Source: Acidobacteriota bacterium
GTDB taxonomy: Bacteria; Acidobacteriota; Vicinamibacteria; Vicinamibacterales; 2-12-FULL-66-21
DNA: 64,000 nucleotides
Assembly (NCBI GenBank): GCA_046735335.1
Contig: JBKPTE010000038.1
Span: forward strand, 6,707 to 70,706
Direction: 5' to 3'
Shown here one piece after another: positions 60,328 through 64,000 of the stretch. The notes under the pieces were generated by a model that worked only from the letters and a program-made list of their open reading frames with translations, was not told where the DNA came from and ran no database searches. Each line of letters starts with the position of its first letter. The first letter of the stretch is position 1. Position numbers and translations under genes: made by a program.

Positions 60328-61512
60328 TTAGAAGATCCCCATGAAGACGCGCTTGCGCTCAGGCTCGGCTTTCGCCTCGTCGCTCATGCCGACGAGTTGA
60401 CGCGTGAAGCTGTCGAACTGCGACGCGATTTCCGAGTTATTGGTCAGCGCGAGCGGCACGCCCGAGTTGAGCGCGGTGGATACCGTGCGGTAGTCGCTCG
60501 GGAACGTGTGGTGGATGCCGTAGCCGAGCGCCGTCTCGATCTGCTTCGGCGCGATCAGGATCTGATCCGACGCCCGGTTGAGCAGCACCTTGACGCGTTC
60601 GCTGCCGGCGCCGAGCTGACGCACGCGGTCGACGAGCCGCTGCGCGTTGCGGATCGACGGCACGTCCGGGTTCGTGACGAGGAAGATCGTGTCGGCGCCG
60701 TAGAGGACCGATGCGACGCACGTGCCGATCACGTTCCCCGCATCGATCACGACGTAGTCATACATCCGCGTCAGGACGCGCAGCAGCTCCTCGATGGCGC
60801 CGGCGTCCTGGTTGCCGGGACGCTCGAACTGCTCGGAGCCCGCGAGGATATCCAGGCCCGACTTGTGCTTCGAGACGAGCTCCTTAAGGAAGTCCTTGTC
60901 GAGGCGGTGCAGGTTCTCGATGGCGTCGAGCACCGTGAAACGCGGCCTGACACCGAGGAAGAGCGCGACCTCGCCGAGGGTCGCCTTCATGTCGATGATG
61001 ATCGTGGACCGCTTGGTCAGGCGGGCCAGCTCCACGCCGCAGTTCACCGCCACCGTAGTCGTGCCCGCGCCTCCCTTGGCGCCCAGAAACGCGTGCGTGA
61101 TGCAGGGCGCCTTTCCCCCCGCGTTCGCGGCATCGCGCCGCGTGGCGGTACGGCGGACGGCGCCGTGGAAGGACTCTTCCATGGCGCGCGTGGCCTGCGT
61201 CGGTTCGCCGCCGGACCAGGGGAAGAACTCGTTCGCGCCGGCGCGCATCGACTGCAGGATGAGATCGGGTTCGGCCGAGCTCGCGACCGCGAAGATCGCG
61301 ACGTTGCCGCTGGCGGCGCGCAACCGTTCAATCGCGGCCATGCCCGAGGAGGCGTCGGCCCTGATGTCGACGACAACGACGTCGGGCGCCGCCCCTTCGG
61401 CGCTGCGTCCTTCAACGATTGCGACAGGAACGCCGCACGCGCGCAGGAGCCGTGAGATCTGCTGTTTGAATCCTTCGTCGTGACTGACGATTTGCGCGCT
61501 CAGTTGGGCCAT
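60328..61512 (-). CDS. CpaE/TadZ-like pilus assembly protein (REC-like N-domain plus ParA/MinD-type ATPase)
   Basis: 394 aa. Deviant Walker A GAKGGAGTTT. Confidence 0.85.
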   Translation of the reverse strand: MAQLSAQIVSHDEGFKQQISRLLRACGVPVAIVEGRSAEGAAPDVVVVDIRADASSGMAAIERLRAASGNVAIFAVASSAEPDLILQSMRAGANEFFPWSGGEPTQATRAMEESFHGAVRRTATRRDAANAGGKAPCITHAFLGAKGGAGTTTVAVNCGVELARLTKRSTIIIDMKATLGEVALFLGVRPRFTVLDAIENLHRLDKDFLKELVSKHKSGLDILAGSEQFERPGNQDAGAIEELLRVLTRMYDYVVIDAGNVIGTCVASVLYGADTIFLVTNPDVPSIRNAQRLVDRVRQLGAGSERVKVLLNRASDQILIAPKQIETALGYGIHHTFPSDYRTVSTALNSGVPLALTNNSEIASQFDSFTRQLVGMSDEAKAEPERKRVFMGIF

Positions 61513-61544
61513 GAGTCATGCCGGTTGCTGAATGATGGAGCGTT

Positions 61545-62738
61545 CTATTGCACCAGGCGGATCGTCCTCGGAAACGAGTTCGTCCCGCCGGTGTAGGTCT
61601 TGTCACGAATGCCCGCGATCGGAATGATGCGGCCGTGGATTTCACTGCCGTTGCCGATGTATTCCACGAAAAACCCAATCCAGTTCGCCGTCCGCAGGGC
61701 CGCAACACGGCCCGTCTGCTTGCCGTAGTCGTAGTAGTCGGGGTCGTACAGCGGAATCGGGAAGATCCGCGGGCTCTGGCGTTCTGCGAAGGCGCTGTTT
61801 GTGACCGTGTTGGTCGAGTCGTCCCAAAAGGCGCCGGGATCACGCGCGATCAGATCCTGAATGCCCTGAATCGTCGGCCCTTCTTTGTCGCCCGGCTCCT
61901 GGACCAGCGGATCGCCCCAGTGATAGATCGAGTGGTTGCAGTTCGCGATGTTCCAGCGATAGTCCTGGCCGCCGGTGTCATCGGTCATCGCGAGCGAGAA
62001 ATAGAAGCTCGGCTGGATTTCGCTTCCCTGCCCCGACCGGAGGACGAGCTTCGTCCCGAGATTGCTGGTCGTGTTGTAGCCGACATAGGCGGGATTCGCT
62101 TTCCCGTCGGCCGTGTACGCGGGCGGGTAAGCGTCCGCGGGGGTCAAGACATTTCCCTTCTTGTCGTAGCGGCTGAACCCGTCCGTGGAGCTCCAGGCCT
62201 TGGTCACCGGGTTGGCCTCGACCCACTTGTCAGGAATCGTAAAGGGCTTCACGCAGGTCATCGCGTTCGCCGGCGATGCCTCTGCGGTGGCGACCGCCTC
62301 GATGTTCGCCGTGGCAATGCCGAAGTACTTGGCAATGAGCGTCGACACGGGATTACCGCGCGCGCTCGTCCGGTGCACCGTCACCTGCACGCGATCGGAT
62401 TCGCCGGTGATCGGGTCGTTGAGGAATTTCACGTCCTCGGCTTTCACCGACACCGTTACTCCCATCACCTGATTCGCTTGCGCCGCCGCGATGGCGCTCA
62501 AGACGGCGGGTCCCGCCGGCGTGCGGTCATCCCAGTTGTCGAACACCAGCGCCGTGGCACCCGCCAGCGCGCCCGCATCTGCCGAGTTCTGCGCCTGGTT
62601 GCGCGATGTCATCAACATGCCAACGTCGATCGCCAGCATGCTGGCGGCGACGAAAGCCAGCATTCCGCCGGCCACGAATACGAGAGAGAACCCTCTTTCG
62701 TCGCTTCGCGCTCGAGTCAGTCGAGTCATGCGCTTCAT
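61545..62738 (-). CDS. TadG-like (TadE/G family) pilus-associated protein
   Basis: The N-terminal motif ERGFSLVFVAGGMLAFVAASMLAIDVG is typical of Tad-like pseudopilin/TadG. Start is ATG 62738 or GTG 62750. Confidence 0.75.
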   Translation of the reverse strand: MKRMTRLTRARSDERGFSLVFVAGGMLAFVAASMLAIDVGMLMTSRNQAQNSADAGALAGATALVFDNWDDRTPAGPAVLSAIAAAQANQVMGVTVSVKAEDVKFLNDPITGESDRVQVTVHRTSARGNPVSTLIAKYFGIATANIEAVATAEASPANAMTCVKPFTIPDKWVEANPVTKAWSSTDGFSRYDKKGNVLTPADAYPPAYTADGKANPAYVGYNTTSNLGTKLVLRSGQGSEIQPSFYFSLAMTDDTGGQDYRWNIANCNHSIYHWGDPLVQEPGDKEGPTIQGIQDLIARDPGAFWDDSTNTVTNSAFAERQSPRIFPIPLYDPDYYDYGKQTGRVAALRTANWIGFFVEYIGNGSEIHGRIIPIAGIRDKTYTGGTNSFPRTIRLVQ

Positions 62739-62817
62739 AGAACACCCCACAGACGTTCGTCTGCTTCCCTCCCATTCACCATCTGCCCCCGCAGACGGCT
62801 ATCCTCCCCAGGTTGCC

Positions 62818-64000
62818 TTACTTGATGGGCGCGCCACCTTTGTCACCCTTCGCTGTAGCCAACTTGGTCATCTCGGCCTCGTAGGCAGCTTGAGCCTCGC
62901 GCAGCCGCGCGGCGGCGTCCGCCAGGGCCTTTTCCTTCTTCTTCTGCTCGGCCTGCTTTGCCTTGTCCGCTTCGGCGTTCTTCTTCGCGATCATCGCCTC
63001 GCGCTTCCCCCGCTCTTCGTCGAGCTTCTGCTGCCGAGCCTTTTCTTCCGACGCCTTCTGATCGGCGATCTTCTTCGCCTCGGCGTCCTTCCGATCCTGC
63101 TCGGCCTTCGCCTTCGCCGCGGCCTCCGCCTCGCGCCGTTCCTTCTCCTGCATCGCCGCGCTTGCCTTCTGCTGCGACTTCGCGGACGACGGCATCGAGT
63201 CCACCACCATCGGCGCCGGCGGCGTCTGTGTCTGCGGAGTCACGTTCTGCGGCGCGGGCGCGGGACGGTTCGCTGGCACCTGCGGAGCGGCAGCCACGTT
63301 GGGTTGGGCGGCCGGCTTCTGCTCGACCGTGCGCTTCTGCTCGGGCCGCGTCGCACGCTGCTGCTGGTTCTGCGACGACGAGCCGCCGCCTGCGGGATAG
63401 CGCGGCGATCCGACGTACGGCGCCGGCTGCGGCATCGTGCGCGAAGGCGAACCGAGGTACGGCTCGACGATCGAGGGCAGCCCTTCCGAGACGCCCGTCG
63501 CACCGCGACGGACGATCGTCGGCGTGATCATCACGACGAGCTCGGTCTGGTTCTTCTGATACGCGCGGCTGCGGAAGAGATATCCCAGAATCGGAATGTC
63601 GCCGATCCCCGGAACCTTCTGCAGCGTGCTGTTCATCGTGTTGTTCATCAGGCCGGCGATCGCGAACGTCTGGCCGTTCTGCAGCTCGACCTCGGTCTCC
63701 GTGCGGCGCGTGGACAGCGCGGGCACGCGGAAGCCCTCGAGCGTGACTGCGTTGCTGAAGTCGAGCGAGCTGACCTCGGGACGAACCTTCAGGTTGATCA
63801 GGTCGTTCGCGAGCACCGTCGGCGTGAACGTCAGACGGACGCCGAACTCCTTGAACAGAATCGTAACGGCGTTGTTGCCGCCGCCAGGCTGGACGACGGG
63901 ATACGGGTACTCGCCGCCTGCGAGGAAGCTCGCCTCCTTACCATTGAGCGCGATCAGATTCGGCTCCGCGAGGCTCTGGAAGAGGCCCTTGCTCTGGAGC
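62818..64000 (-). CDS. Tad secretin CpaC/RcpA, 5'-partial, with a ~229-aa low-complexity C-terminal extension
   Basis: The frame stays open to the window edge. Secretin core motifs include VPGIGDIPILGYLFRS and ELVVMITP. A P/Q-rich then K/E/A-rich tail follows. Confidence 0.88.
   Translation of the reverse strand, partial: LQSKGLFQSLAEPNLIALNGKEASFLAGGEYPYPVVQPGGGNNAVTILFKEFGVRLTFTPTVLANDLINLKVRPEVSSLDFSNAVTLEGFRVPALSTRRTETEVELQNGQTFAIAGLMNNTMNSTLQKVPGIGDIPILGYLFRSRAYQKNQTELVVMITPTIVRRGATGVSEGLPSIVEPYLGSPSRTMPQPAPYVGSPRYPAGGGSSSQNQQQRATRPEQKRTVEQKPAAQPNVAAAPQVPANRPAPAPQNVTPQTQTPPAPMVVDSMPSSAKSQQKASAAMQEKERREAEAAAKAKAEQDRKDAEAKKIADQKASEEKARQQKLDEERGKREAMIAKKNAEADKAKQAEQKKKEKALADAAARLREAQAAYEAEMTKLATAKGDKGGAPIK

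Noticed and set aside
1-64000. Mobile elements, prophage, genomic island, defence systems, rRNA/tRNA genes.
   Set aside because: I recognised no integrase, transposase, phage structural, restriction, toxin-antitoxin or cas-like ORFs. No intergenic region has tRNA-like cloverleaf potential. Composition appears uniform by eye across the window.

Overview
A 64 kb, very GC-rich (roughly 70%) chromosomal segment from a Gram-negative-type bacterium. The taxon cannot be fixed from sequence alone. The gene content (HpnCDE squalene genes, Tad/Flp pilus genes, sigma-54 regulators, many lipoproteins) would fit a soil Acidobacteriota-, Gemmatimonadota- or Myxococcota-like organism. Coding density is high, and genes sit in operons joined by 1-4 nt overlaps (GTGA, ATGA, TAATG) at about 15 junctions. 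Most long ORFs on the strand opposite the real genes are GC-driven shadow ORFs.

Recognisable content, in order:
- acyl-CoA dehydrogenase
- RND efflux operon (pump, adaptor, outer-membrane factor) followed by DUF1684 and HAD genes
- M20 peptidase, lipoprotein, fcl
- rhodanese
- small glutaredoxin-like protein
- thioesterase, long ThyX-like protein, def
- LacD-like aldolase
- coupled pduO-hpnC-hpnD-hpnE-thiI block
- mutY/mutT pair
- YgfZ-like protein
- alpha/beta hydrolase
- lone PntAA plus an FHA protein
- HtrA, pseudo-protease, Ser/Thr kinase, PLP dehydratase operon
- ECF sigma factor
- lpd, E1alpha, E1beta, E2, lipB 2-oxoacid dehydrogenase operon
- HU, queF, Smr
- Tad pilus operon (secretin, TadG-like, CpaE, CpaF, TadB, TadC) with three appended genes

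The most interesting region is 46.3-53.1 kb. It holds an NtrC-type sigma-54 response regulator, twin palindromes, a -24/-12 type promoter, a radical SAM/SPASM enzyme, two unannotated paralogous 30-31 codon peptide ORFs, an orphan peptide-type solute-binding lipoprotein, and a Cache sensor kinase. I read this as a candidate RiPP or autoinducing-peptide system.

Other points worth a second look:
- a possible C-terminal Sec-x-x-stop glutaredoxin-like selenoprotein
- several apparently leaderless genes
- intergenic arrays of 7-8 nt words, often arranged as inverted arms, plus two REP-like hairpin families

I found no rRNA, tRNA, CRISPR array, transposase or integrase.
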